A stretch of 64,000 nt of DNA from Auanema rhodensis (Eukaryota; Animalia; Nematoda): contig OZ059894.1 in assembly GCA_964057225.1 (NCBI GenBank), forward strand, positions 4,464,001-4,528,000. Reading direction: 5' to 3'. Both the position numbers and the translations under genes were made by a program. A model generated the notes under the pieces. It did not search any database, had not been told where the DNA came from, and worked only from the letters and a program-made list of their open reading frames with translations. Positions 12,239 through 27,760 of this stretch are shown here, in pieces. Numbering within the stretch: position 1 is the first letter of the stretch; every line of letters begins with the position of its first letter.

Positions 12239-15200
12239 CATCATTTTTCAAACGATCATAACTAATTTTTGTATTAAGCGTTTCTCAATGTAGTTTAGTG
12301 CATTCGATGCGGATTTTTAAGCTGCGTCGATCTGTGTTATCAGATTTGCGCTAGCTTAAAAATGCACCGAGATATCAACTGATATAAGTTCACACTTATA
12401 TCCTCGATTTTCACCCTGAAGGAATAATTTTTTCGTTGAATAACATTGTCCATCGTCTTTGCCTTGAAAAATGGAATCTAAAAACATCTACTTTTTGCTA
12501 AATTATTTTGAAATTTTTCGAAAAAATTTTTGTCAAAATGTTTTTGGAAGCAATGTTGAGTGTACATGGAAACTCAACATACACTAATGCATCATTTTTC
12601 AAACGATCATAACTAATTTTTGTATCAAGCGTTTCTCAATGTAGTTTAGTGCATTCGATGCGGATTTTTAAGCTGCGTCGATCTGTGTTATCAGATTTGC
12701 GCTAGCTTAAAAATGCACCGAGATATCAACTGATATAAGTTCACACTTATATCCTCGATTTTCACCCTGAAGGAATGATTTTTTCGTTGAATAACATTGT
12801 CCATCGTCTTTGCCATGAAAAAAGGAATCTAAAAACATCTACTTTTTGCTAAATTATTTTGAAATTTTTCGAAAAAATTTTTGTCAAAATGTTTTTGGAA
12901 GCATTGTTGAGTGTACATGGAAACTCAACATACACTAATGCATCATTTTTCAAACGATCATAACTAATTTTTGTATTACGCGTTTCTCAATGTAGTATAG
13001 TGCATTCGATGCGGATTTTTAAGCTGCGTCGATCTGTGTTATCAGATTTGCGCTAGCTTAAAAATGCACCGAGATATCAACTGATATAAGTTCACACTTA
13101 TATCCTCGATTTTCACCCTGAAGGAATAATTTTTTCGTTGAATAACATTGTCCATCGTCTTTGCCTTGAAAAATGGAATCTAAAAACATCTACTTTTTGC
13201 TAAATTATTTTTAAATTTTTCGAAAAAATTTTTGTCAAAATGTTTTTGGAAGCAATGTTGAGTGTACATGGAAACTCAACATACACTAATGCATCATTTT
13301 TCAAACGATCATAACTAATTTTTGTATCAAGCGTTTCTCAATGTAGTTTAGTGCATTCGATGCGGATTTTTAAGCTGCGTCGATCTGTGTTATCAGATTT
13401 GCGCTAGCTTAAAAATGCACCGAGATATCAACTGATATAAGTTCACACTTCCTGAAGGAATGATTTTTTCGTTGAATAACATTGTCCATCGTCTTTGCCA
13501 TGAAAAAAGGAATCTAAAAACATCTACTTTTCGCTAAATTATTTTGAAATTTTTCGAAAAAATTTTTGTCAAAATGTTTTTGGAAGCATTGTTGAGTGTA
13601 CATGGAAACTCAACATACACTAATGCATCATTTTTCAAACGATCATAACTAATTTTTGTATCAAGCGTTTCTCAATGTAGTTTAGTGCATTCGATGCGGA
13701 TTTTTAAGCTGCGTCGATCTGTGTTATCAGATTTGCGCTAGCTTAAAAATGCACCGAGATATCAACTGATATAAGTTCACACTTATATCCTCGATTTTCA
13801 CCCTGAAGGAATAATTTTTTCGTTGAATAACATTGTCCATCGTCTTTGCCTTGAAAAATGGAATCTAAAAACATCTACTTTTTGCTAAATTATTTTGAAA
13901 TTTTTCGAAAAAATTTTTGTCAAAATGTTTTTGGAAGCAATGTTGAGTGTACATGGAAACTCAACATACACTAATGCATCATTTTTCAAACGATCATAAC
14001 TAATTTTTGTATCAAGCGTTTCTCAATGTAGTTTAGTGCATTCGATGCGGATTTTTAAGCTGCGTCGATCTGTGTTATCAGATTTGCGCTAGCTTAAAAA
14101 TGCACCGAGATATCAACTGATATAAGTTCACACTTATATCCTCGATTTTCACCCTGAAGGAATGATTTTTTCGTTGAATAACATTGTCCATCGTCTTTGC
14201 CTTGAAAAATGGAAACTAAAAACATCTACTTTTTGCTAAATTATTTTGAAATTTTTCGAAAAAATTTTTGTCAAAATGTTTTTGGAAGCAATGTTGAGTG
14301 TACATGGAAACTCAACATACACTAATGCATCATTTTTCAAACGATCATAACTAATTTTTGTATCAAGCGTTTCTCAATGTAGTTTAGTGCATTCGATGCG
14401 GATTTTTAAGCTGCGTCGATCTGTGTTATCAGATTTGCGCTAGCTTAAAAATGCACCGAGATATCAACTGATATAAGTTCACACTTATATCCTCGATTTT
14501 CACCCTGAAGGAATAATTTTTTCGTTGAATAACATTGTCCATCGTCTTTGCCATGAAAAAAGGAATCTAAAAACATCTACTTTTTGCTAAATTATTTTGA
14601 AATTTTTCGAAAAAATTTTTGTCAAAATGTTTTTGGAAGCATTGTTGAGTGTACATGGAAACTCAACATACACTAATGCATCATTTTTCAAACGATCATA
14701 ACTAATTTTTGTATTAAGCGTTTCTCAATGTAGTATAGTGCATTCGATGCGGATTTTTAAGCTGCGTCGATCTGTGTTATCAGATTTGCGCTAGCTTAAA
14801 AATGCACCGAGATATCAACTGATATATGTTCACACTTATATCCTCGATTTTCACCCTGAAGGAATAATTTTTTCGTTGAATAACATTGTCCATCGTCTTT
14901 GCCTTGAAAAATGGAATCTAAAAACATCTACTTTTTGCTAAATTATTTTTAAATTTTTCGAAAAAATTTTTGTCAAAATGTTTTTGGAAGCAATGTTGAG
15001 TGTACATGGAAACTCAACATACACTAATGCATCATTTTTCAAACGATCATAACTAATTTTTGTATCAAGCGTTTCTCAATGTAGTTTAGTGCATTCGATG
15101 CGGATTTTTAAGCTGCGTCGATCTGTGTTATCAGATTTGCGCTAGCTTAAAAATGCACCGAGATATCAACTGATATAAGTTCACACTTATATCCTCGATT

Positions 15201-18200
15201 TTCACCCTGAAGGAATAATTTTTTCGTTGAATAACATTGTCCATCGTCTTTGCCTTGAAAAATGGAATCTAAAAACATCTACTTTTTGCTAAATTATTTT
15301 GAAATTTTTCGAAAAAATTTTTGTCAAAATGTTTTTGGAAGCAATGTTGAGTGTACATGGAAACTCAACATACACTAATGCATCATTTTTCAAACGATCA
15401 TAACTAATTTTTGTATCAAGCGTTTCTCAATGTAGTTTAGTGCATTCGATGCGGATTTTTAAGCTGCGTCGATCTGTGTTATCAGATTTGCGCTAGCTTA
15501 AAAATGCACCGAGATATCAACTGATATAAGTTCACACTTCCTGAAGGAATGATTTTTTCGTTGAATAACATTGTCCATCGTCTTTGCCATGAAAAAAGGA
15601 ATCTAAAAACATCTACTTTTCGCTAAATTATTTTGAAATTTTTCGAAAAAATTTTTGTCAAAATGTTTTTGGAAGCATTGTTGAGTGTACATGGAAACTC
15701 AACATACACTAATGCATCATTTTTCAAACGATCATAACTAATTTTTGTATCAAGCGTTTCTCAATGTAGTTTAGTGCATTCGATGCGGATTTTTAAGCTG
15801 CGTCGATCTGTGTTATCAGATTTGCGCTAGCTTAAAAATGCACCGAGATATCAACTGATATAAGTTCACACTTATATCCTCGATTTTCACCCTGAAGGAA
15901 TAATTTTTTCGTTGAATAACATTGTCCATCGTCTTTGCCTTGAAAAATGGAATCTAAAAACATCTACTTTTTGCTAAATTATTTTGAAATTTTTCGAAAA
16001 AATTTTTGTCAAAATGTTTTTGGAAGCAATGTTGAGTGTACATGGAAACTCAACATACACTAATGCATCATTTTTCAAACGATCATAACTAATTTTTGTA
16101 TCAAGCGTTTCTCAATGTAGTTTAGTGCATTCGATGCGGATTTTTAAGCTGCGTCGATCTGTGTTATCAGATTTGCGCTAGCTTAAAAATGCACCGAGAT
16201 ATCAACTGATATAAGTTCACACTTATATCCTCGATTTTCACCCTGAAGGAATGATTTTTTCGTTGAATAACATTGTCCATCGTCTTTGCCTTGAAAAATG
16301 GAATCTAAAAACATCTACTTTTTGCTAAATTATTTTGAAATTTTTCGAAAAAATTTTTGTCAAAATGTTTTTGGAAGCAATGTTGAGTGTACATGGAAAC
16401 TCAACATACACTAATGCATCATTTTTCAAACGATCATAACTAATTTTTGTATCAAGCGTTTCTCAATGTAGTTTAGTGCATTCGATGCGGATTTTTAAGC
16501 TGCGTCGATCTGTGTTATCAGATTTGCGCTAGCTTAAAAATGCACCGAGATATCAACTGATATAAGTTCACACTTCCTGAAGGAATGATTTTTTCGTTGA
16601 ATAACATTGTCCATCGTCTTTGCCATGAAAAAAGGAATCTAAAAACATCTACTTTTCGCTAAATTATTTTGAAATTTTTCGAAAAAATTTTTGTCAAAAT
16701 GTTTTTGGAAGCATTGTTGAGTGTACATGGAAACTCAACATACACTAATGCATCATTTTTCAAACGATCATAACTAATTTTTGTATCAAGCGTTTCTCAA
16801 TGTAGTTTAGTGCATTCGATGCGGATTTTTAAGCTGCGTCGATCTGTGTTATCAGATTTGCGCTAGCTTAAAAATGCACCGAGATATCAACTGATATAAG
16901 TTCACACTTATATCCTCGATTTTCACCCTGAAGGAATAATTTTTTCGTTGAATAACATTGTCCATCGTCTTTGCCTTGAAAAATGGAATCTAAAAACATC
17001 TACTTTTTGCTAAATTATTTTGAAATTTTTCGAAAAAATTTTTGTCAAAATGTTTTTGGAAGCAATGTTGAGTGTACATGGAAACTCAACATACACTAAT
17101 GCATCATTTTTCAAACGATCATAACTAATTTTTGTATCAAGCGTTTCTCAATGTAGTTTAGTGCATTCGATGCGGATTTTTAAGCTGCGTCGATCTGTGT
17201 TATCAGATTTGCGCTAGCTTAAAAATGCACCGAGATATCAACTGATATAAGTTCACACTTATATCCTCGATTTTCACCCTGAAGGAATGATTTTTTCGTT
17301 GAATAACATTGTCCATCGTCTTTGCCTTGAAAAATGGAATCTAAAAACATCTACTTTTTGCTAAATTATTTTGAAATTTTTCGAAAAAATTTTTGTCAAA
17401 ATGTTTTTGGAAGCAATGTTGAGTGTACATGGAAACTCAACATACACTAATGCATCATTTTTCAAACGATCATAACTAATTTTTGTATCAAGCGTTTCTC
17501 AATGTAGTTTAGTGCATTCGATGCGGATTTTTAAGCTGCGTCGATCTGTGTTATCAGATTTGCGCTAGCTTAAAAATGCACCGAGATATCAACTGATATA
17601 AGTTCACACTTATATCCTCGATTTTCACCCTGAAGGAATGATTTTTTCGTTGAATAACATTGTCCATCGTCTTTGCCATGAAAAAAGGAATCTAAAAACA
17701 TCTACTTTTCGCTAAATTATTTTGAAATTTTTCGAAAAAATTTTTGTCAAAATGTTTTTGGAAGCATTGTTGAGTGTACATGGAAACTCAACATACACTA
17801 ATGCATCATTTTTCAAACGATCATAACTAATTTTTGTATTAAGCGTTTCTCAATGTAGTATAGTGCATTCGATGCGGATTTTTAAGCTGCGTCGATCTGT
17901 GTTATCAGATTTGCGCTAGCTTAAAAATGCACCGAGATATCAACTGATATAAGTTCACACTTATATCCTCGATTTTCACCCTGAAGGAATAATTTTTTCG
18001 TTGAATAACATTGTCCATCGTCTTTGCCTTGAAAAATGGAATCTAAAAACATCTACTTTTTGCTAAATTATTTTTAAATTTTTCGAAAAAATTTTTGTCA
18101 AAATGTTTTTGGAAGCAATGTTGAGTGTACATGGAAACTCAACATACACTAATGCATCATTTTTCAAACGATCATAACTAATTTTTGTATCAAGCGTTTC

Positions 18201-18840
18201 TCAATGTAGTTTAGTGCATTCGATGCGGATTTTTAAGCTGCGTCGATCTGTGTTATCAGATTTGCGCTAGCTTAAAAATGCACCGAGATATCAACTGATA
18301 TAAGTTCACACTTCCTGAAGGAATGATTTTTTCGTTGAATAACATTGTCCATCGTCTTTGCCATGAAAAAAGGAATCTAAAAACATCTACTTTTCGCTAA
18401 ATTATTTTGAAATTTTTCGAAAAAATTTTTGTCAAAATGTTTTTGGAAGCATTGTTGAGTGTACATGGAAACTCAACATACACTAATGCATCATTTTTCA
18501 AACGATCATAACTAATTTTTGTATTAAGCGTTTCTCAATGTAGTTTAGTGCATTCGATGCGGATTTTTAAGCTGCGTCGATCTGTGTTATCAGATGTGCG
18601 CTAGCTTAAAAATGCACCGAGATATCAACTGATATAAGTTCACACTTATATCCTCGATTTTCACCCTGAAGGAATAATTTTTTTTGTTGAATAACATTGT
18701 CCATCGTCTTTGCCTTGAAAAATGGAATCTAAAAACATCTACTTTTTGCTAAATTATTTTGAAATTTTTCGAAAAAATTTTTGTCAAAATGTTTTTGGAA
18801 GCAATGTTGAGTGTACATGGAAACTCAACATACACTAATG

Positions 18841-21800
18841 CATCATTTTTCAAACGATCATAACTAATTTTTGTATCAAGCGTTTCTCAATGTAGTTTAG
18901 TGCATTCGATGCGGATTTTTAAGCTGCGTCGATCTGTGTTATCAGATGTGCGCTAGCTTAAAAATGCACCGAGATATCAACTGATATAAGTTCACACTTA
19001 TATCCTCGATTTTCACCCTGAAGGAATAATTTTTTCGTTGAATAACATTGTCCATCGTCTTTGCCTTGAAAAATGAAATCTAAAAACATCTACTTTTTGC
19101 TAAATTATTTTGAAATTTTTCGAAAAAATTTTTGTCAAAATGTTTTTGGAAGCAATGTTGAGTGTACATGGAAACTCAACATACACTAATGCATCATTTT
19201 TCAAACGATCATAACTAATTTTTGTATTAAGCGTTCTTCAATGTAGTATAGTGCATTCGATGCGGATTTTTAAGCTGCGTCGATCTGTGTTATCAGATTT
19301 GCGCTAGCTTAAAAATGCACCGAGATATCAACTGATATAAGTTCACACTTATATCCTCGATTTTCACCCTGAAGGAATAATTTTTTTTGTTGAATAACAT
19401 TGTCCATCGTCTTTGCCTTGAAAAATGGAATCTAAAAACATCTACTTTTTGCTAAATTATTTTGAAATTTTTCGAAAAAATTTTTGTCAAAATGTTTTTG
19501 GAAGCAATGTTGAGTGTACATGGAAACTCAACATACACTAATGCATCATTTTTCAAACGATCATAACTAATTTTTGTATCAAGCGTTTCTCAATGTAGTT
19601 TAGTGCATTCGATGCGGATTTTTAAGCTGCGTCGATCTGTGTTATCAGATGTGCGCTAGCTTAAAAATGCACCGAGATATCAACTGATATAAGTTCACAC
19701 TTATATCCTCGATTTTCACCCTGAAGGAATAATTTTTTCGTTGAATAACATTGTCCATCGTCTTTGCCTTGAAAAATGAAATCTAAAAACATCTACTTTT
19801 TGCTAAATTATTTTGAAGTTTTTCGAAAAAATTTTTGTCAAAATGTTTTTGGAAGCAATGTTGAGTGTACATGGAATTCAACATACACTAATGCATCATT
19901 TTTCAAACGATCATAACTAATTTTTGTATTAAGCGTTCTTCAATGTAGTATAGTGCATTCGATGCGGATTTTTAAGCTGCGTCGATCTGTGTTATCAGAT
20001 TTGCGCTAGCTTAAAAATGCACCGAGATATCAACTGATATAAGTTCACACTTATATCCTCGATTTTCACCCTGAAGGAATAATTTTTTCGTTGAATAACA
20101 TTGTCCATCGTCTTTGCCTTGAAAAATGGAATCTAAAAACATCTACTTTTTGCTAAATTATTTTGAAATTTTTCGAAAAAATTTTTGTCAAAATGTTTTT
20201 GGAAGCAATGTTGAGTGTACATGGAAACTCAACATACACTAATGCATCATTTTTCAAACGATCATAACTTATTTTTGTATCAAGCGTTTCTCAATGTAGT
20301 TTAGTGCATTCGATGCGGATTTTTAAGCTGCGTCGATCTGTGTTATCAGATTTGCGCTAGCTTAAAAATGCACCGAGATATCAACTGATATAAGTTCACA
20401 CTTATATCCTCGATTTTCACCCTGAAGGAATGATTTTTTCGTTGAATAACATTGTCCATCGTCTTTGCCATGAAAAAAGGAATCTAAAAACATCTACTTT
20501 TTGCTAAATTATTTTGAAATTTTTCGAAAAAATTTTTGTCAAAATGTTTTTGGAAGCAATGTTGAGTGTACATGGAAACTCAACATACACTAATGCATCA
20601 TTTTTCAAACGATCATAACTAATTTTTGTATTAAGCGTTTCTCAATGTAGTATAGTGCATTCGATGCAGATTTTTAAGCTGCGTCGATCTGTGTTATCAG
20701 ATTTGCGCTAGCTTAAAAATGCACCGAGATATCAACTGATATAAGTTCACACTTATATCCTCGATTTTCACCCTGAAGGAATAATTTTTTCGTTGAATAA
20801 CATTGTCCATCGTCTTTGCCTTGAAAAATGGAATCTAAAAACATCTACTTTTTGCTAAATTATTTTGAAATTTTTCGAAAAAATTTTTGTCAAAATGTTT
20901 TTGGAAGCAATGTTGAGTGTACATGGAAACTCAACATACACTAATGCATCATTTTTCAAACGATCATAACTAATTTTTGTATCAAGCGTTTCTCAATGTA
21001 GTTTAGTGCATTCGATGCGGATTTTTAAGCTGCGTCGATCTGTGTTATCAGATTTGCGCTAGCTTAAAAATGCACCGAGATATCAACTGATATAAGTTCA
21101 CACTTCCTGAAGGAATGATTTTTTCGTTGAATAAAATTGTCCATCGTCTTTGCCATGAAAAAAGGAATCTAAAAACATCTACTTTTCGCTAAATTATTTT
21201 GAAATTTTTCGAAAAAATTTTTGTCAAAATGTTTTTGGAAGCATTGTTGAGTGTACATGGAAACTCAACATACACTAATGCATCATTTTTCAAACGATCA
21301 TAACTAATTTTTGTATTAAGCGTTCTTCAATGTAGTATAGTGCATTCGATGCGGATTTTTAAGCTGCGTCGATCTGTGTTATCAGATTTGCGCTAGCTTA
21401 AAAATGCACCGAGATATCAACTGATATAAGTTCACACTTATATCCTCGATTTTCACCCTGAAGGAATAATTTTTTCGTTGAATAACATTGTCCATCGTCT
21501 TTGCCTTGAAAAATGGAATCTAAAAACATCTACTTTTTGCTAAATTATTTTGAAATTTTTCGAAAAAATTTTTGTCAAAATGTTTTTGGAAGCAATGTTG
21601 AGTGTACATGGAAACTCAACATACACTAATGCATCATTTTTCAAACGATCATAACTTATTTTTGTATCAAGCGTTTCTCAATGTAGTTTAGTGCATTCGA
21701 TGCGGATTTTTAAGCTGCGTCGATCTGTGTTATCAGATTTGCGCTAGCTTAAAAATGCACCGAGATATCAACTGATATAAGTTCACACTTATATCCTCGA

Positions 21801-24800
21801 TTTTCACCCTGAAGGAATGATTTTTTCGTTGAATAACATTGTCCATCGTCTTTGCCATGAAAAAAGGAATCTAAAAACATCTACTTTTTGCTAAATTATT
21901 TTGAAATTTTTCGAAAAAATTTTTGTCAAAATGTTTTTGGAAGCAATGTTGAGTGTACATGGAAACTCAACATACACTAATGCATCATTTTTCAAACGAT
22001 CATAACTAATTTTTGTATTAAGCGTTTCTCAATGTAGTATAGTGCATTCGATGCAGATTTTTAAGCTGCGTCGATCTGTGTTATCAGATTTGCGCTAGCT
22101 TAAAAATGCACCGAGATATCAACTGATATAAGTTCACACTTATATCCTCGATTTTCACCCTGAAGGAATAATTTTTTCGTTGAATAACATTGTCCATCGT
22201 CTTTGCCTTGAAAAATGGAATCTAAAAACATCTACTTTTTGCTAAATTATTCTGAAATTTTTCGAAAAAATTTTTGTCAAAATGTTTTTGGAAGCAATGT
22301 TGAGTGTACATGGAAACTCAACTTACACTAATGCATCATTTTTCAAACGATCATAACTAATTTTTGTATCAAGCGTTTCTCAATGTAGTTTAGTGCATTC
22401 GATGCGGATTTTTAAGCTGCGTCGATCTGTGTTATCAGATTTGCGCTAGCTTAAAAATGCACCGAGATATCAACAGATATAAGTTCACACTTCCTGAAGG
22501 AATGATTTTTTCGTTGAATAAAATTGTCCATCGTCTTTGCCATGAAAAAAGGAATCTAAAAACATCTACTTTTCGCTAAATTATTTTGAAATTTTTCGAA
22601 AAAATTTTTGTCAAAATGTTTTTGGAAGCATTGTTGAGTGTACATGGAAACTCAACATACACTAATGCATCATTTTTCAAACGATCATAACTAATTTTTG
22701 TATTAAGCGTTTCTCAATGTAGTATAGTGCATTCGATGCGGATTTTTAAGCTGCGTCGATCTGTGTTATCAGATTTGCGCTAGCTTAAAAATGCACCGAG
22801 ATATCAACTGATATAAGTTCACACTTATATCCTCGATTTTCACCCTGAAGGAATAATTTTTTTTGTTGAATAACATTGTCCATCGTCTTTGCCTTGAAAA
22901 ATGGAATCTAAAAACATCTACTTTTCGCTAAATTATTTTGAAATTTTTCGAAAAAATTTTTGTCAAAATGTTTTTGGAAGCATTGTTGAGTGTACATGGA
23001 AACTCAACATACACTAATGCATCATTTTTCAAACGATCATAACTAATTTTTGTATTAAGCGTTTCTCAATGTAGTTTAGTGCATTCGATGCGGATTTTTA
23101 AGCTGCGTCGATCTGTGTTATCAGATGTGCGCTAGCTTAAAAATGCACCGAGATATCAACTGATATAAGTTCACACTTATATCCTCGATTTTCACCCTGA
23201 AGGAATAATTTTTTTTGTTGAATAACATTGTCCATCGTCTTTGCCTTGAAAAATGGAATCTAAAAACATCTACTTTTTGCTAAATTATTTTGAAATTTTT
23301 CGAAAAAATTTTTGTCAAAATGTTTTTGGAAGCAATGTTGAGTGTACATGGAAACTCAACATACACTAATGCATCATTTTTCAAACGATCATAACTAATT
23401 TTTGTATTAAGCGTTTCTCAATGTAGTATAGTGCATTCGATGCGGATTTTTAAGCTGCGTCGATCTGTGTTATCAGATGTGCGCTAGCTTAAAAATGCAC
23501 CGAGATATCAACTGATATAAGTTCACACTTATATCCTCGATTTTCACCCTGAAGGAATAATTTTTTTTGTTGAATAACATTGTCCATCGTCTTTGCCTTG
23601 AAAAATGAAATCTAAAAACATCTACTTTTTGCTAAATTATTTTGAAATTTTTCGAAAAAATTTTTGTCAAAATGTTTTTGGAAGCAATGTTGAGTGTACA
23701 TGGAAACTCAACATACACTAATGCATCATTTTTCAAACGATCATAACTAATTTTTGTATTAAGCGTTCTTCAATGTAGTATAGTGCATTCGATGCGGATT
23801 TTTAAGCTGCGTCGATCTGTGTTATCAGATTTGCGCTAGCTTAAAAATGCACCGAGATATCAACTGATATAAGTTCACACTTATATCCTCGATTTTCACC
23901 CTGAAGGAATAATTTTTTTTGTTGAATAACATTGTCCATCGTCTTTGCCTTGAAAAATGGAATCTAAAAACATCTACTTTTTGCTAAATTATTTTGAAAT
24001 TTTTCGAAAAAATTTTTGTCAAAATGTTTTTGGAAGCAATGTTGAGTGTACATGGAAACTCAACATACACTAATGCATCATTTTTCAAACGATCATAACT
24101 AATTTTTGTATCAAGCGTTTCTCAATGTAGTTTAGTGCATTCGATGCGGATTTTTAAGCTGCGTCGATCTGTGTTATCAGATGTGCGCTAGCTTAAAAAT
24201 GCACCGAGATATCAACTGATATAAGTTCACACTTATATCCTCGATTTTCACCCTGAAGGAATAATTTTTTCGTTGAATAACATTGTCCATCGTCTTTGCC
24301 TTGAAAAATGAAATCTAAAAACATCTACTTTTTGCTAAATTATTTTGAAATTTTTCGAAAAAATTTTTGTCAAAATGTTTTTGGAAGCAATGTTGAGTGT
24401 ACATGGAAACTCAACATACACTAATGCATCATTTTTCAAACGATCATAACTAATTTTTGTATTAAGCGTTCTTCAATGTAGTATAGTGCATTCGATGCGG
24501 ATTTTTAAGCTGCGTCGATCTGTGTTATCAGATTTGCGCTAGCTTAAAAATGCACCGAGATATCAACTGATATAAGTTCACACTTATATCCTCGATTTTC
24601 ACCCTGAAGGAATAATTTTTTTTGTTGAATAACATTGTCCATCGTCTTTGCCTTGAAAAATGGAATCTAAAAACATCTACTTTTTGCTAAATTATTTTGA
24701 AATTTTTCGAAAAAATTTTTGTCAAAATGTTTTTGGAAGCAATGTTGAGTGTACATGGAAACTCAACATACACTAATGCATCATTTTTCAAACGATCATA

Positions 24801-27760
24801 ACTAATTTTTGTATCAAGCGTTTCTCAATGTAGTTTAGTGCATTCGATGCGGATTTTTAAGCTGCGTCGATCTGTGTTATCAGATGTGCGCTAGCTTAAA
24901 AATGCACCGAGATATCAACTGATATAAGTTCACACTTATATCCTCGATTTTCACCCTGAAGGAATAATTTTTTCGTTGAATAACATTGTCCATCGTCTTT
25001 GCCTTGAAAAATGAAATCTAAAAACATCTACTTTTTGCTAAATTATTTTGAAGTTTTTCGAAAAAATTTTTGTCAAAATGTTTTTGGAAGCAATGTTGAG
25101 TGTACATGGAATTCAACATACACTAATGCATCATTTTTCAAACGATCATAACTAATTTTTGTATTAAGCGTTCTTCAATGTAGTATAGTGCATTCGATGC
25201 GGATTTTTAAGCTGCGTCGATCTGTGTTATCAGATTTGCGCTAGCTTAAAAATGCACCGAGATATCAACTGATATAAGTTCACACTTATATCCTCGATTT
25301 TCACCCTGAAGGAATAATTTTTTCGTTGAATAACATTGTCCATCGTCTTTGCCTTGAAAAATGGAATCTAAAAACATCTACTTTTTGCTAAATTATTTTG
25401 AAATTTTTCGAAAAAATTTTTGTCAAAATGTTTTTGGAAGCAATGTTGAGTGTACATGGAAACTCAACATACACTAATGCATCATTTTTCAAACGATCAT
25501 AACTTATTTTTGTATCAAGCGTTTCTCAATGTAGTTTAGTGCATTCGATGCGGATTTTTAAGCTGCGTCGATCTGTGTTATCAGATTTGCGCTAGCTTAA
25601 AAATGCACCGAGATATCAACTGATATAAGTTCACACTTATATCCTCGATTTTCACCCTGAAGGAATGATTTTTTCGTTGAATAACATTGTCCATCGTCTT
25701 TGCCATGAAAAAAGGAATCTAAAAACATCTACTTTTTGCTAAATTATTTTGAAATTTTTCGAAAAAATTTTTGTCAAAATGTTTTTGGAAGCAATGTTGA
25801 GTGTACATGGAAACTCAACATACACTAATGCATCATTTTTCAAACGATCATAACTAATTTTTGTATTAAGCGTTTCTCAATGTAGTATAGTGCATTCGAT
25901 GCAGATTTTTAAGCTGCGTCGATCTGTGTTATCAGATTTGCGCTAGCTTAAAAATGCACCGAGATATCAACTGATATAAGTTCACACTTATATCCTCGAT
26001 TTTCACCCTGAAGGAATAATTTTTTCGTTGAATAACATTGTCCATCGTCTTTGCCTTGAAAAATGGAATCTAAAAACATCTACTTTTTGCTAAATTATTT
26101 TGAAATTTTTCGAAAAAATTTTTGTCAAAATGTTTTTGGAAGCAATGTTGAGTGTACATGGAAACTCAACATACACTAATGCATCATTTTTCAAACGATC
26201 ATAACTAATTTTTGTATCAAGCGTTTCTCAATGTAGTTTAGTGCATTCGATGCGGATTTTTAAGCTGCGTCGATCTGTGTTATCAGATTTGCGCTAGCTT
26301 AAAAATGCACCGAGATATCAACTGATATAAGTTCACACTTCCTGAAGGAATGATTTTTTCGTTGAATAAAATTGTCCATCGTCTTTGCCATGAAAAAAGG
26401 AATCTAAAAACATCTACTTTTCGCTAAATTATTTTGAAATTTTTCGAAAAAATTTTTGTCAAAATGTTTTTGGAAGCATTGTTGAGTGTACATGGAAACT
26501 CAACATACACTAATGCATCATTTTTCAAACGATCATAACTAATTTTTGTATTAAGCGTTCTTCAATGTAGTATAGTGCATTCGATGCGGATTTTTAAGCT
26601 GCGTCGATCTGTGTTATCAGATTTGCGCTAGCTTAAAAATGCACCGAGATATCAACTGATATAAGTTCACACTTATATCCTCGATTTTCACCCTGAAGGA
26701 ATAATTTTTTCGTTGAATAACATTGTCCATCGTCTTTGCCTTGAAAAATGGAATCTAAAAACATCTACTTTTTGCTAAATTATTTTGAAATTTTTCGAAA
26801 AAATTTTTGTCAAAATGTTTTTGGAAGCAATGTTGAGTGTACATGGAAACTCAACATACACTAATGCATCATTTTTCAAACGATCATAACTTATTTTTGT
26901 ATCAAGCGTTTCTCAATGTAGTTTAGTGCATTCGATGCGGATTTTTAAGCTGCGTCGATCTGTGTTATCAGATTTGCGCTAGCTTAAAAATGCACCGAGA
27001 TATCAACTGATATAAGTTCACACTTATATCCTCGATTTTCACCCTGAAGGAATGATTTTTTCGTTGAATAACATTGTCCATCGTCTTTGCCATGAAAAAA
27101 GGAATCTAAAAACATCTACTTTTTGCTAAATTATTTTGAAATTTTTCGAAAAAATTTTTGTCAAAATGTTTTTGGAAGCAATGTTGAGTGTACATGGAAA
27201 CTCAACATACACTAATGCATCATTTTTCAAACGATCATAACTAATTTTTGTATTAAGCGTTTCTCAATGTAGTATAGTGCATTCGATGCAGATTTTTAAG
27301 CTGCGTCGATCTGTGTTATCAGATTTGCGCTAGCTTAAAAATGCACCGAGATATCAACTGATATAAGTTCACACTTATATCCTCGATTTTCACCCTGAAG
27401 GAATAATTTTTTCGTTGAATAACATTGTCCATCGTCTTTGCCTTGAAAAATGGAATCTAAAAACATCTACTTTTTGCTAAATTATTCTGAAATTTTTCGA
27501 AAAAATTTTTGTCAAAATGTTTTTGGAAGCAATGTTGAGTGTACATGGAAACTCAACTTACACTAATGCATCATTTTTCAAACGATCATAACTAATTTTT
27601 GTATCAAGCGTTTCTCAATGTAGTTTAGTGCATTCGATGCGGATTTTTAAGCTGCGTCGATCTGTGTTATCAGATTTGCGCTAGCTTAAAAATGCACCGA
27701 GATATCAACTGATATAAGTTCACACTTCCTGAAGGAATGATTTTTTCGTTGAATAACATT
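18841..27760. repeat. Block of about 11 monomers repeated at a 15-monomer (5235-bp) offset: about 18841-22520 and 24076-27760
   Basis: TTGAAGTTTT at 19818/25053, deletion junctions 21105/26340 and 22492/27727, CAACTTACAC at 22323/27558, all offset by 5235. Confidence 0.88.
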
